DNA of 64,000 nucleotides, from assembly GCA_001642005.1 (NCBI GenBank), contig LWCA01000049.1, forward strand, positions 1 to 64,000. Direction: 5' to 3'. The notes beneath the pieces are model-generated. The model was given only the letters and a program-made list of their open reading frames with translations. It did not search any database and had not been told where the DNA came from. A program made the translations under genes and the position numbers. This document shows, piece after piece, positions 1-20,059 of this stretch (within the stretch, counting starts at the first letter, position 1; every line of letters begins with the position of its first letter). This DNA comes from Intoshia linei. Its lineage: Eukaryota > Animalia > Orthonectida.

Positions 1-478
1 ATACTTTTGATGGATCAACCATAACACCATTTTTATTTATCACATGACCTAACACCTTAATTTCGTCAATTCCAATTATACATTTTTTGGTTTGACAGTT
101 AATCCAGCATTTTGCAATGCCATCAAAACACACTATAAATCTTTTCTATATTTTTCAATAAAATGCGATGCAATGATATCATCGAGATAGACTGTCACGT
201 TATCAATATTTTTCAATATCTGTAATGTAAAATTCAACATAGCACATGATGCCACAATCAAGAACAATTTTCCCGTAGCATTTTAATTCTTGACCGTCAG
301 CTCCTTTCAATGCTATATTAGTTTCAGTAATATCGGCATTACTAAATATTCTTTTTACTATATTAATATTAATGCAGTTCACCTGAGATCCGGTATCATA
401 AATAAATGAACATGTCTTATTTACGGTCTCTTTTATAGAACGAATTTTTCCTGCAACAATTTTTCCTATTCTGGACAT
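1..478 (-). mobile_element. Degenerate Ty3/Gypsy LTR-retrotransposon pol remnant (aspartic protease plus reverse transcriptase fragment)
   Basis: ORF 203-478 has the retropepsin motif YDTGSQVNCI...LKGADG. The minus strand of 1-200 reads NVTVYLDDII...LQNAGLTVKPK...VLGHVINKNGVMVDPSKV (RT YxDD region), with stops and frameshifts. Protease abuts the YLDD block, so the element is internally deleted. Confidence 0.85.
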
Positions 479-811
479 TTGAGAAAATTTTTGAAAATAA
501 TTTGTAATGAATTAGATATTTAAGATCAAAGATATAAATTAAATATTTAAAGTAAATTATTTTCACGATAATCGATAAGTTCATAGTGACTAACTTTATT
601 CATTACGATTTGGACCTAATTTATAAAATTTTAGAACACCCCTACTGCATAATTATGCAGTCTCCATTAAATAAAAAATTGAAGCAATATAAATAAATAT
701 CAATTCAAAATATAAATATTTAAATTTCTATAGAATTAAAGCAGTAACAGGTTGTCATATGTATAAACTTTTTTCCCATTTTTAATTTGATAATTTCAAA
801 TTTAATTTTAA

Positions 812-8194
<7,383 letters not shown>

Positions 8195-8472
8195 TTTTTA
8201 ATAAATATAAATTTATGATATTTTGTTTGGGGACTTTTCAAAACTTGATAAATATAAAATTTGAAGAACGGCTTCGTCACGGTAAATATTTAGAATTTTG
8301 CCACTATATAGTTATCAGATTTATTAATTTACAAGTTTGAGTATACAATACATTAGTATTATTGAACGAATGGACGTAGATACGGTATCACTACTCATGG
8401 ATCAACAAATAATAAAAATATAGCAACATCAAAACGGATTCTTTAAAATCTACGTTGAGCAACAATAAACAA

Positions 8473-9624
8473 ATGGATTCCTCTCAAATAATTTGTCATT
8501 ACGAAAAATCGTTAAATTATACACTTTACGATGTTAAATGGATACCACAAAGCGCAAAATTTGTAGCACTGGGAAGCCATCCTCGTGGCACGGGTTCATT
8601 GGACATTTTTCAGTTGGGAAAAGAGTTGAAACTGATTCATAGTGTACGTTGCAATTTAATTAAATAATTAATTAAAGTAAATTCCTTGAATTTAAATTTT
8701 AGTCGGAGAAACCAAATTCATTCAAATGTGGATCTTTCGGTGCGTCAGTATACGGCGATCGCCATTTGGCTACTGGTGATTTCAACGGTCGAATGCAAGT
8801 GTGGTAACAATTTAAATTAATTACATTGAATAATTTAATAAATGTCTAGGGATTTACTTGACGATAAAAGTCAATCTGTATTTTCATCCAAAGGACACGA
8901 AGGAATAATAAACTGTATAGATGGAATCGGTGGTCAAAACGTTGGTGTGGGTGCTGCAGAAATAGCAACTGGAGGTCGTGATGGGTGTGTTAAAATTTGG
9001 GACATTCGTCAAACAACGCCCGTCGTAAATATTGATCCAGAATCACATGGTAATCCTCGAGATTGCTGGTCCATTGCATTTGGAAACAACTCTAACGAAT
9101 TGGATAAAGTTGTTGCGGCAGGGTTCGATAATGGAGATTTAAAATTGTTCGATCTTCGTACACTGAAAATACTCTATGAAAAGCAATTTAAAAATGGTAT
9201 ATGCAGTGTCCAGTTTGATCGGCCTGATATTCAAATGAATAAACTTGTTGCAACAACATTAGAATCAAAGATTCATCTTTTTAATTGTAATCTTTTCAAG
9301 GGCGGCATAAATTCTATTGATTCAAATATAAAAAAACTTCCACATCTTGTTGAAAAAGCGCACAAAAGTACTGTCTGGTGTGTCAAACATTTGCCTCAGA
9401 ATCGAGACGTTTTTGTTACCACTGGAGGAAATGGTACCATCAATCTTTGGAAATATTTTTATCCGGACAACAATGAAAATGTTGGCACGTTGGAACTTGT
9501 ACAGGATGTATTGCTTTCTTCTCAACCTATTTCGTCGTTTGATTGGTGTAAAGAAAAAACTGGGTTAGCAGTCTGCGGGTCGTTTGATCAAGTTGTCAGA
9601 GTTGTTATTGTTACGAAATTGTAA
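8473..9624 (+). CDS. WDR92: WD repeat protein 92 / dynein axonemal assembly factor 10 (3 exons)
   Basis: MDSSQIICHYEKSLNYTLYDVKWIPQSAKFVALGSHPRGTG; EKPNSFKCGSFGAS...LATGDFNG; RDCWSIAFGN; MNKLVATTLES; HLPQNRDVF; FDQVVRVVIVTKL-stop. Introns at about 8644-8702 and 8804-8849. Confidence 0.93.
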
Positions 9625-10069
9625 AAAAATTTTTTAATGTACGCAACATTTTATATCATGTCTTATTAAATTGTAAATATTCATTATGTACTGTATTTTA
9701 TAAAATTAAAATAATATTGCTAAAAATAGACCAAGAAATATAAGGATGATTGGGGATTCGTCCAATTCTATACAAGTGCATTTAATGACTACTAATAAAA
9801 CATTAATCATATTGAAAGAAAATTTAATTTATAATTACCGTTTTTGGACTCTACCCGTTGATAATTAGTTTACGATCAATTTTATTTTAATTTTCAGAGT
9901 CAACTCGACTTTTCTTTGATTAACACCATTTGTAAATTGATTCAGCGTTAATTTCTATTCACTTTACAGTTTACAAAATAGACCAGTGCTTCTCATGGGA
10001 GTGACTGGTTACTCCAAGGGGTGAATACTAAAATTTTAGATGATTGGGGTGAATGATAAATTTTTAACA

Positions 10070-10555
10070 TATTTTATTTAATTTAGTCAAATATGTGAAA
10101 AAACCAAAATTTTACTAACCCTTAAGGAAAAAATCCCAAAATTTATAAAATTGCATAAACTATTTCATAATAGATCAAAAAAATTAATTTATTTAAAAAA
10201 TAATAATTTTTCAAGATTTAATAATAGGTATACTTGGAATTATCCATTAAGGTTTGATTTATTTATGGCTCTAAACCAATGTTACCAGTTAACCAGGGTT
10301 ACCAACAATAAGTTATTCTCAATCTGAATTTTTGAGCGAAGCTCAAATTTTATTCAATTTAGTCAAAAATGTGAAAAAACCAAAATTTTACCAACCCTTA
10401 ACGAAAAAATCTCAAGATTTATAAAATTGTATAGACTATTTCATAAAAAATCAAAAAAATTAATTGATTCATTAAAAAATAATAATTTTTCAAGATTTAA
10501 TAATAGTTAAAAATAAAATTTTCCCTTAAGGGTTGATTTATTTATGGCTCTAAAC
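10070..10555 (+). repeat. About 210-bp direct duplication inside a hAT-like element that begins near 9984
   Basis: The block aatttagtcaaa...ggtt(t)gatttatttatggctctaaac occurs at about 10070-10278 and again at about 10347-10555. The upstream CAGTGCTTCTCATGGG end matches the inverted end CCCATGAGAAGCACTG at about 19277-19292. Confidence 0.75.
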
Positions 10556-10677
10556 TAAAGTCTCTAATATAAAATTTGATGATAAATGTTTTTTATATAA
10601 ATTACAACTGATTTTAAAAATAAACAAAACTTTTTTTTAAAAACATCAAAATAAACCATAAAATGTGAAACCGATAA

Positions 10678-11529
10678 TCCTTATATAATATGCTACGCGA
10701 TTTTTGTTTGTGTGTGTTCCACTTTATTTAAATAACTAGCCGTCTTAAAATTGTATAAAGTCCACATTTCAATTACAGTTGTTTCCAGAGGTTTTTGCAA
10801 AATAAATTTCAACATCCCAAACTCACATCTTACGGGTCAAAAACGCCAATTGTCCTTTTTTTTTTTAAAATCAAACGAGTTGGAGAATTTAAAAAAATAT
10901 ATACGCTGATACGGATTTTAAAATCATAAACATTATCATAAATTTCAATTTAAAAAAATTATATCTTCAGGGCCAAAACCCCAAATTACCCTTCTTTTTT
11001 TAATGAAAACAGCCCTAGAAGATAAAAAAATTTACAGGTGGTACAGTTGTATCCTGTTAACACACACAAAAATTTCAATCTGAATAGTGATGTCTTCACG
11101 GTCAAAAAAGCATTTTGGTATTTATATATTTTTTTTCCGAAATATTTTATTAAAACAAAAAATGTAAATAAATTAAATTAACGGTCCGAAAATTAATAAA
11201 AAGGTAAGTAAGAAATAAATATTGGAATGTTGGTGATTTATCTCATGTGATTAAAACTTTTGTCCCTGTAACGATTGGCAGATAAGAACTCTGATAATTT
11301 CATCTTAAATAAAAAGATGTCCAAATTTCGATTCGAACCTATCCACGCAGAATACAATTATATGACTATAACCACTCTGCCAGTTAGACATCACAAGTGA
11401 GTTATATCAAAAGTATATATTCGAATCTCGATTAGTATGGTAGCGATATATTACTACAGTCCCGGACCAATTCGATTGTTATCATTTTATTCAAATTTTG
11501 GTTCAAGTTAAACGAGTGGGTGTGTTTAG
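10678..11529 (+). mobile_element. Non-autonomous Helitron-like element
   Basis: 5' A|TCCTTATATAATATGCTACG followed by a GTTT/GT microsatellite. Three roughly 135-bp internal modules start at about 10804, 10940 and 11070. Putative TTAG|T 3' end. Confidence 0.7.
11318..11390 (-). pseudogene. Degenerate tRNA-like sequence (A box, B box and acceptor stem)
   Basis: Minus strand reads TGTCTAAC-TGGCAGAGTGGTTA...AGGTTCGAATC...TTGGACA. It is 73 nt, with 7-bp end pairing TGTCTAA/TTGGACA. Anticodon and T arms are decayed. Confidence 0.6.
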
Positions 11530-11993
11530 TAAAAAACGGTACTTTCTAAAGAATTAAATTTTGATTTGTTTGTCAATAAATTATTCATTTTCTATCAAAA
11601 TTTCTAAAATCATGGATTTTCATTTCTGTTTATTCATTTTTAAATAAATGTTATATGGAATCCTGACCTTAAAAGTCAGGTACTACCTGTAGAGTTGTTA
11701 ATCTATCACCTAAAAATTAATACATAATATATGTTAGTCCTAAAGGGTGTGAGTTTCGAAAGAATTATCGAAAAATTTACGATCTATGCCAATATATACT
11801 ACATTGAAGTTTCCATTATGAATCAGAGTTTATTTGTTATTTTACCTACCTTAGATACATAGATTTATAGCAGCTAATATCTATAGATAAATGTGTACTT
11901 TTAGTTTAATTGCATGGATATTCAAGATTTACAAAAGTTAAAATCTCAACAAATGTAAAAATAATTTTTTGAATATATGAAAATATAAAGAAA

Positions 11994-14620
11994 ATGAATG
12001 ATTTGAAATTTATAAATTTCAAAACATTAATTGATATAGGATTCTGGAAAGAAATTTACAAATTAAAATTGGAAAAGTACAAAAATAACCAATCACCCAT
12101 AAACTTGGTTGGATATTTAAGAAAAGATTTAAATCTAGAATCAAATTGTATAGTGGAATATACTGAAACATCATTTGATGACGATCAAAATTTAAACAAT
12201 GACATTGATATTGTATCGGGAACAATAATAATTTTCAATAATCCAAAATCATTTCATGATTTGGATAAGATTGCTTACTTGAATTCTGTCGGTAAGGATT
12301 GGTATAAGAACCTAAATAATACAAATTTGGATGAAATTTCAAAAAGGGACTTGGTCAGAGTATATGCAATTTGTTATTTGGATTTGAAAAAACATGTGCA
12401 TAAAATTTGGTTTTCTTATCCATCATTTAGTTACGCACCTTTAAATGAATTACATTTCAGTGAAAATTTGAAAAAACACTATGAAATGTCAAAATCAACA
12501 CTATATGAGGAAATTTTAAAATTTGAAGGCCGAGAAATTAAATTTTTGACATTATCTAATGACACATTAGTTAAATTTAATTTTAAAAACGTGACAGATT
12601 TAAAATCTGATTTATATGTAATTTTAGCGGATGGATGTAATACAAATTTACAAGTATCTAATCCATACTTGCGAAACCTACTAAGTATATTAAACAATGT
12701 GTTGGAATTTAGTTTGGATATTTTTGTCCTTTGTTTTAGAAATTCTTGGGATGAATCTCAGATTATGAAAATTCGGTTAAACCATTTAAAAAACCCCGAG
12801 ACGTTGGAAAATTTTCAAGTAGTCGGATGGGAACTTAACGATAAATCTCGTCTTGCTTCTAAAAAGGTTAACTTGAAAAATTCATTTGACATGGAAACTA
12901 TAGCCCAAAATGCTATATATTTAAATCTAAAATTGATAAAATGGAATATTTTACCTCAAATTGACTTGGATACGGTTTTTCAAAAAAAATGTCTCATTAT
13001 TGGTGCAGGAACACTGGGATGTTATGTAGCTCGTGGGTTGATGGCTTGGGGTATTCAAAATATATCATTTATTGATTGCGGTTCCGTTTCTTTTTCAAAT
13101 CCAGTACGTCAATCTTTATATAGTTTCAAAGATGCGATCGATTGCAAAAATAAAGCCCAAACTGCTGCAGAGTCTTTAAAGTTAATAAATCCCAAAATTA
13201 TAACAGATTATTCGTCCATCACGATTCCCATGCCTGGCCATGTTTTTGATGAGAGAGAAATTAAAGAAGTCACAGAAAATATTTCTGAAATAGACAAGTT
13301 TATAAAAAATTGTGATGTAGTGTTTAATTTAACTGATAACCGAGAAAGTAGATGGTTAACTACGGTTATTAGTCAACATCACAACAAAATATGTATAACG
13401 ACTGCCATTGGATTTGAGAGCTTTCTGGTTATTCGTCATGGTGCAAGTACGACAACGTTGGACAAAATTAATCTCAAATCTCGTTATGTTAATGGTGACA
13501 TGTTGGGTTGTTATTTTTGCAATGATATTGTTTCTTTAACTGATACAATGAGCGATAGATCCTTGGATAAACAATGCACCGTTACTCGGCCTGGGATCGC
13601 CATGATGGCTGCAGGTATTTTACTTTTTTTTCATTCTCTCGTCACAATCTTAATCAATACCAATAACTAGCAATTACATGATGTATTTAATGCAGTGATT
13701 ATTAACTGGTGCACCGTAAAAAAATTTGAGTTTATTTTAATAATTTTGCTTAAAATTAGTGTCAATCTTTTACATTGACTATTTGATTTGTTTGATTAAC
13801 ATATATTAATTATATTGTAAAACAAAAAATTTGAAATAATTAACGTTCCTAAAATTAAAAAAAAGATTTTTTGATACAGCTTATTCCATTTGATATAAAT
13901 ACAAAATTTCAAGCCCAGAAATCTAAGCATTTCGGTGAAAAATAATTTATTATCAATTAATATTTTTCAAATGTTTCGATTAAAATCAAAAATGTAAATA
14001 TTGATCCTACAATTTCAAAAAAAATGTGCATTGAACGTCTACACATTTCCAATTATAATAATATTGTAAAATTGCTATCGTTTTTATCAACTTTTATAAA
14101 AATATTTGCCCATTTATCGTTTTATGGTACATTTAAGACATGGGTGCTGACACCCTAGGAAGGTGCCAGAAAATTTTAGGTATATTTTTGTATTAGGATC
14201 TTTCGAGTCATAATATAATAAATATTAATATATAAAATTGTAATTTGAATTTTAGGTCACGCTGTGGAACTCTTTGTAAGTCTTGTAGAACACTCAGATG
14301 GAATAAACTGCTGTGCAACGACTCAGTGCAATGTAACTAAAGAAGATGATAAAATATCATCATGCTTAGGAATAGTACCTCATCAAATCCGCTGTTATCT
14401 TCCTGAATATAAATTAATACAACCAACTACACAACGATTTAATAAATGTTGTGCTTGTAGTCCTATAATTGTAGATAACTATGCAAGGGAATCCTACACC
14501 TTTGTACTAAAATCCATATTAGATCCATCCCATCTTAACAAAATAACTCAATTGGATAAGGATCTTAAAATTGCTGAAAATGTAAATATCGACATTGATT
14601 CCTCATCAACCATTGATTAA
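11994..14620 (+). CDS. ATG7: Autophagy E1-like enzyme ATG7 (2 exons; intron 13615-14255)
   Basis: GFWKEIYKLKL N-domain, VGWE, NLKLIKWNILP, GAGTLGCYVARGLMAWG, VSFSNPVRQSLY, LTDNRESRW, LGCYFCND, catalytic DRSLDKQCTVTRPG, LGIVPHQIR and CCACS. Confidence 0.95.
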
Positions 14621-15377
14621 AGTTAATTATCCATTATAATCTTTCATAGCAACTCATGTCCTAAAAACCAATTGTCAATTTTTAATATAGGTCATTAAAT
14701 TTTTAGTAAAAACATGTTTAATATTTTGTAACAAATTTGACGTTATTCTATCAGCTGGAGCTGGAATGTGTCGTATTTTAAATTTTTCACGTTATCCAGG
14801 TATTTTTCAATATTTTTATTATTAGCATGATCAATTGACTTTGCGACAAGTTTAAAAGCACGCAAATCTTCAATGATTGTGTAACTATTGCTAAATGTAA
14901 ATTGTATTATGTAATATTTTTTATATTTTACATGAAATGTTCTTTACAGTCATGACTCTTGACCATACTTTGTTGCATTAATATTATAGAAAGAGTTGAA
15001 AATAAATAAAATAAAACACAAGTAGTTCCCAAATGACACTTGTCCCACCAGGAAGCATACAGAGTATGAGGGGCGCAGGTTTAATATAAATTTAAAGTTA
15101 AATCGTTAACATTGCTTTGATATACTCTTGCATCAATAATAATATTTGCTTTATACTAAAATACCTTTTAAAAAATCACAGTCTGGCAAAACAATTTAAT
15201 TGTTACTGTGAAGATTAGTTACAAATTTAATCTTTTTGTATTAGTACAGATTTTAATCTGTTACCATGAAGTTTAAATACACGGGTAGAAAACAAGGGAG
15301 TGCAGTTACTGCGGATTTAAGATTTTTGACGGTATCTATATATCAATATAGACTATTAAATGTGAATGATTCTATAC

Positions 15378-15699
15378 CAGGAGTGTCAATTATGCGACCC
15401 CCAATTATGGAATGTGCGGCCCGCGTTATAATATAAATTTTTGTTTTTTAAACATATTTTGATTATTTTACAGTTTTTTCATATATTTTTCATGATTTAT
15501 TTATTCATTATTACAATTTTAACATCATTTGTACACTTCATTGTTATTGTTTCATATTTCATTTTATGAATTAAAATTATAAATTAATTAAATCTGTTAG
15601 TTTTAACATAATTTTTTAGTATAGATTATTTTTGTGCGGCCAGCGTAATAATTTTTTTTCACATTTGGCCCGCCAAACAAATTGTGTCTGACACCCCTG
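15378..15699. mobile_element. hAT-type MITE with perfect 8-bp TSD
   Basis: TTCTATAC at 15370-15377 and 15700-15707. TIRs CAGGAGTGTCA and TGACACCCCTG. Subterminal GCGGCCCGC-like motifs. Confidence 0.9.
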
Positions 15700-16437
15700 T
15701 TCTATACACTTGATGCAAAGTATGTGCCGCCTCATACAGAATATCTACCCAAAATAACCTTTCCTTTAGTTAATTGAAAGAAAAGCTATAATCAAGCTTC
15801 TTGATTAAACGTTTTAAATTTAAGCTAGTGCGACCAGAAGTACGACTCCGCAATGCCTAAAATCGTACTTTGTTGTAGTAAATAAACTTATAAATTAAAA
15901 TTTAACTTAAATGTTCATTTTTCTAATCAAAAACATATTTTGTTTTTAAGCAATAAAAGTACTACTTTTAGTACGACAAAAATATGGTCAGCCTATTTAA
16001 GTGTCAATTAAGCCTTAATTCATGTTCAAAGCTAGAATATATTACTGGATGCTTAGTTATTTTTAAAATCTAAGAAATAGAAGAGAATATCTTTGACCTT
16101 GGCGGTCTGGCGACTTGTAGTTCAATACTGTAAAAATTATACATAATTCAAATAGCCTACATAAGTATCTCTAACTGTAATACTAATTATACAATTAGTA
16201 GAATATTAGACAATAAAAAAAATAAATTATTCAACTCGTCAATAACAAGTTTATTTATCATTGTTGGCATAACAAAATTTTTTTGTTTATTTTAATTTAA
16301 ATATAACTTATGAGTCAAAGAAATGAAACTATTATTACAAATGTACTACATTAATCAATAATTTTCCTAAAATTAAAAAATAAGTTTAACTAACATTTCA
16401 ATTTACTGTAATAATTATTATAAACTGAAACGGTAAG

Positions 16438-16509
16438 TCCCTTGTGGTCCAATGGTTAGGATTCCGCGTTTTCACCGCGGCGGTCGGGGTTCAATTCCCC
16501 GCAAGGGAG
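16438..16509 (+). tRNA. tRNA-Glu (anticodon TTC)
   Basis: Acceptor stem TCCCTTG/CAAGGGA, anticodon arm CCGCG-TTTTCAC-CGCGG, T-loop GGTTCAATTC, followed by an oligo-T Pol III terminator. Confidence 0.97.
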
Positions 16510-16639
16510 TTTTTTTATTATATCTATTTAGTCATTTTATTAAATTATTCATTTATTTCATGACATAATTGATGCAACTTGTAAATAACACGATAAATTA
16601 TACCGCGATTCAAAGAAAAAAATTATATTTTAAGAGAAA

Positions 16640-17533
16640 ATCTTTGTTAATCTGTGTTATAATTTATATATATAACTAAGAGTCCTAGAATTTTAACAAA
16701 CAAAAATTCCAAGGCATATTTTTCCGGAAGAGAAAGTTAAATAAATTTCAATCTCAAAAACTTACATCTTCCCGGTCATAAACCCCAATTATCCTTTTTC
16801 ATGTCCTAGAATTTAAAAAAATAGACTCTGATACAAATATTTAAATAATGAACACTATCATAAATTTTAGATGCAAAAAAGTATATACAGGGTATCCAGG
16901 GTCAAAACCACATATTAAATTTTTTTTAAAAAAATTTAAATAGTACTAGAATTTATAATAAAAATAAAAGTTCATACCGTTATATCCTGTCAATTTTATT
17001 TATTTACATAAAAAATTTTAATCTCACAAATTGACGTCTTCACGGTCAAAAAATCACTTTACTATTTTTATACTATACTACTTTATTACTATATTTTTTT
17101 CCTTTGATGACTATTTTATTACAATAACAACTTGAAAATAGTTAATGGTCCTAGAATCTAAAAAAATGATTATTCTAATACAGATTATACCAGTTTATAT
17201 AAATACAAAATTTTAAACCAAACATCTACGCATTTTTATGAGATTTTACCAATTATAATTAAATATTTCATAATATTTAAATTGTTTCGTCTCAATTTAA
17301 ATATATTTTGGCGCATAAATTAATATTTTAATACTAAAGAATTTGAAAAATATACACTCAAATCAAATTTTGAAATCGTTATTTCTTACAATTTTTTAGA
17401 TTTGTACCTATAATTTGTTGTTTTTAAGATTTTACTTTCATTGTTTATAAATTATAATAAAAAGTCTTAAAATTAAAACGCCCCCCTCGACAGAACTAGC
17501 TATTTGGACGAAGTACATAACAGTCAAGTTAGT
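16640..17533 (+). mobile_element. Helitron-like family copy
   Basis: Same roughly 135-bp modules (cttcccggtcataaacc, cttcacggtcaaaa). The 3' block ccccctcgacagaactagct...cagtcaagttag matches the CTAG terminus at 38260. Left boundary approximate. Confidence 0.65.
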
Positions 17534-17572
17534 TATAGTAAACTTATAGTGGTTCACGATTCAAATAGAGTA

Positions 17573-18682
17573 CTAGCCCCATTGATAAGTAAAATTATTT
17601 GTACCCCAAAATTCAAATAAAATCTTCCCCAATAAATAAGTTGTATATAAAATTATTAAATTATATTTGAGTCTCAGGACCCTCTCGGAAACCACTTTTT
17701 TAATTTTTTTTAAAAAACTATACCATCTATATTGATAAACTATCCAACATTTTGTATTTTTAGCGCAATTGTTCAATATAAAGTGTATTGTGGCTAAAAT
17801 ATTTTGAAAATCTAAAACTTTGAGATAAAATTTGCACAATTATATAAGTATGCAGTCAGAACTGTACATTAAAAGCGTTACTGAAAACATTCACAAAGAT
17901 TATAATTGTAATACAATGTAATCTAGTTTCGATTCAAAACTTTCGATACAGCTGAGACTGGTTGTAGTCAGACAAACGTTTCAACAGACAGTGTTACCTA
18001 CGCTCAGTACTGACTGTAATAGTACCTTTTCGCTGATAGAAAATATCACTAGCAATAACTACATTGATTTCATTTGATTCTATAAAATCGACCAATTTTT
18101 TAGTAATGCGACCCCACTCAATTTGTACCGATGAAACATTTTTAACTTTATTTAATTTTATATTATCGTAAATTTTCTTAGTATACTCGTAATCTTTAAA
18201 CATAACATCAGATAAATAAACTTGTTTTGCATGTTTTGCTAAAAACAATCCCACTATGCCAGTTCCACATCCCAACTAAATGTTAATCAAAATAATAATT
18301 GGCTTTTATATATTAATAAGTATTAAAATGTAATAATGGTTAAAGAATCAATTTGTGAAAGGCGGTTTCACTTCTTGATCAAATACCTTTACAAATTTAA
18401 AAAATTCTAGTAAATTTAAAATTTAAAAATTTTAAAATTGAAAATTGTTTACCTCCAAAATTATTTTGTCTTTAAATTGATTCAAATTTTCCATAATGAG
18501 ATTAATCATGACAAAAGAAGAAGGCCATATAGTTTTTTCATACGATTCAAAACTGTTTTCCGATAACTATAATATTCAATAGAGATTCTAGAACATAATA
18601 ATAATCAAAAATTGTATAGAAACTTTATTTTTTTAAACGTAAAAATGTTACGAGTCCTAACTTGGACAAAAATTAAATGCAT
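17573..18682 (-). CDS. METTL23: METTL23-like seven-beta-strand (Methyltransf_16-type) protein methyltransferase
   Basis: Exon 18453-18566 LSENSFESYEKTIWPSSFVM...FKDKIILE splices to LGCGTGIVGLFLAK...YLSD...IEWG...VIASDIFY, then to DFQNILATIHFIL...CWIVYQYR (compare METTL23 FEDILATIYFLM...WSTYQVR). The first exon (ATG 18682) and the 3' end are tentative. Confidence 0.72.
17853..18016. mobile_element. Small Tc1/pogo-type MITE in a METTL23 intron
   Basis: Inverted ends CAGTCAGAACTG and CAGTACTGACTG, with TA on the right flank. Confidence 0.6.
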
Positions 18683-18720
18683 TTATTATTCTAATACAGA
18701 TTAATTAATTAAACTCCATA

Positions 18721-18792
18721 TCCCTTGTGGTCCAATGGTTAGGATTCCGCGTTTTCACCGCGGCGGTCGGGGTTCAATTCCCCGCAAGGGAG
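18721..18792 (+). tRNA. tRNA-Glu (anticodon TTC), identical to the 16438 copy
   Basis: Same 72-nt sequence followed by oligo-T; flanks unrelated. Confidence 0.97.
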
Positions 18793-20059
18793 TTTTTTTT
18801 AATAAAACTTTAAGGTAATGATAAATTTTTCGACAAAATTTTAAGTTAAGATTTCATTTTAAATTAAAAAATGTTAAATTTTTGAAAAAAAACGGACAAA
18901 AATTAATATTTTAAAAATCATGTACAATGTATTATAAATAAATTTTTACAATCAAATCACCATAATTATCCAAGTCTATAAAACCTTGCCTCCAAATCTA
19001 CAACATTGTACAATAGGGTGTCACATTTTTTTTAAAAAATTTTAGAATTTAATTTAAACGTAAAACGTGAAAAATTTAATAACGTACCAGGTAGATTATA
19101 TGTATATTTAATAAAAAAATAAAAAAAGGATCCGATACTAACTCTGTGAATTGCCCACTAACGAATTTGCGCTCATCAATTAACTAATTAAGTTAAATAA
19201 TTGTAAATTTAAGTTTATTTCTTATACATTATACATAAATACCTTAAAATATATTTAATACGGACACTATATCACCCCCATGAGAAGCACTGTTTTAAAT
19301 GATCCTATTTACTTTTGTTACAGACGGTTAAGTATGAACCATCATTATGCGTCATAATTTCTTTTTTGATTTTAAGCATTTATTAAAAAAATAAAATCGG
19401 TTAATATTAAACGATTCTAAAATAAATGATATTGATAAATCGTACAAACCAGTGTTTTTTATGTACAAAGATTTTTCCAAATTCAAGTTAAAAGTAATTT
19501 TTAGCAATTTCAGCTAGCAATTTTTGTCTATTGGACACTCTAACTTATTATAAATTTTATCTGAATTTATAAAACTTTTAAAAATGTCGAATAATGAAAT
19601 GATTTCATCATTTGAAAGTTTACAAGAAATGTCCGAAATATTTTCATATTTTGTTGAATCAAACGGTATAATAATGACTATTGAATTTTGTGCAAGATCA
19701 TTTTCGACATTAATTAATGTTAGTAAATTAACTATTAAAGTTGAAAATATATGTTCAAAAACTATAAACAAATTTAATTCATATTTGTTTGTTAAATTCA
19801 ATTTAAATTCGTACCAATTTTCTATGTAATAAAATATTCACATAAGTAATGATTCATTACTAATGAATTAAATTTTATCATTTTTAAATTCGTTTTACTC
19901 TCAAGTATAGTATAGTATTATATAGTATTAATATATACTCTATAGTATTATTAAGAAAGAATGTGCGTTGAAAATAAAACTAACGCATAATCATAAAATA
20001 TAAAAATTTAAATATAAAACAATTGAAAATTAGTAATAACAAATTAAAAATTTAGACAA

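Noticed and set aside
10800-11200. Regularly spaced repeats as a CRISPR-like array
   Set aside because: Units are degenerate roughly 135-bp tandem modules without constant repeat/unique spacer structure; context is eukaryotic and no cas genes are present.
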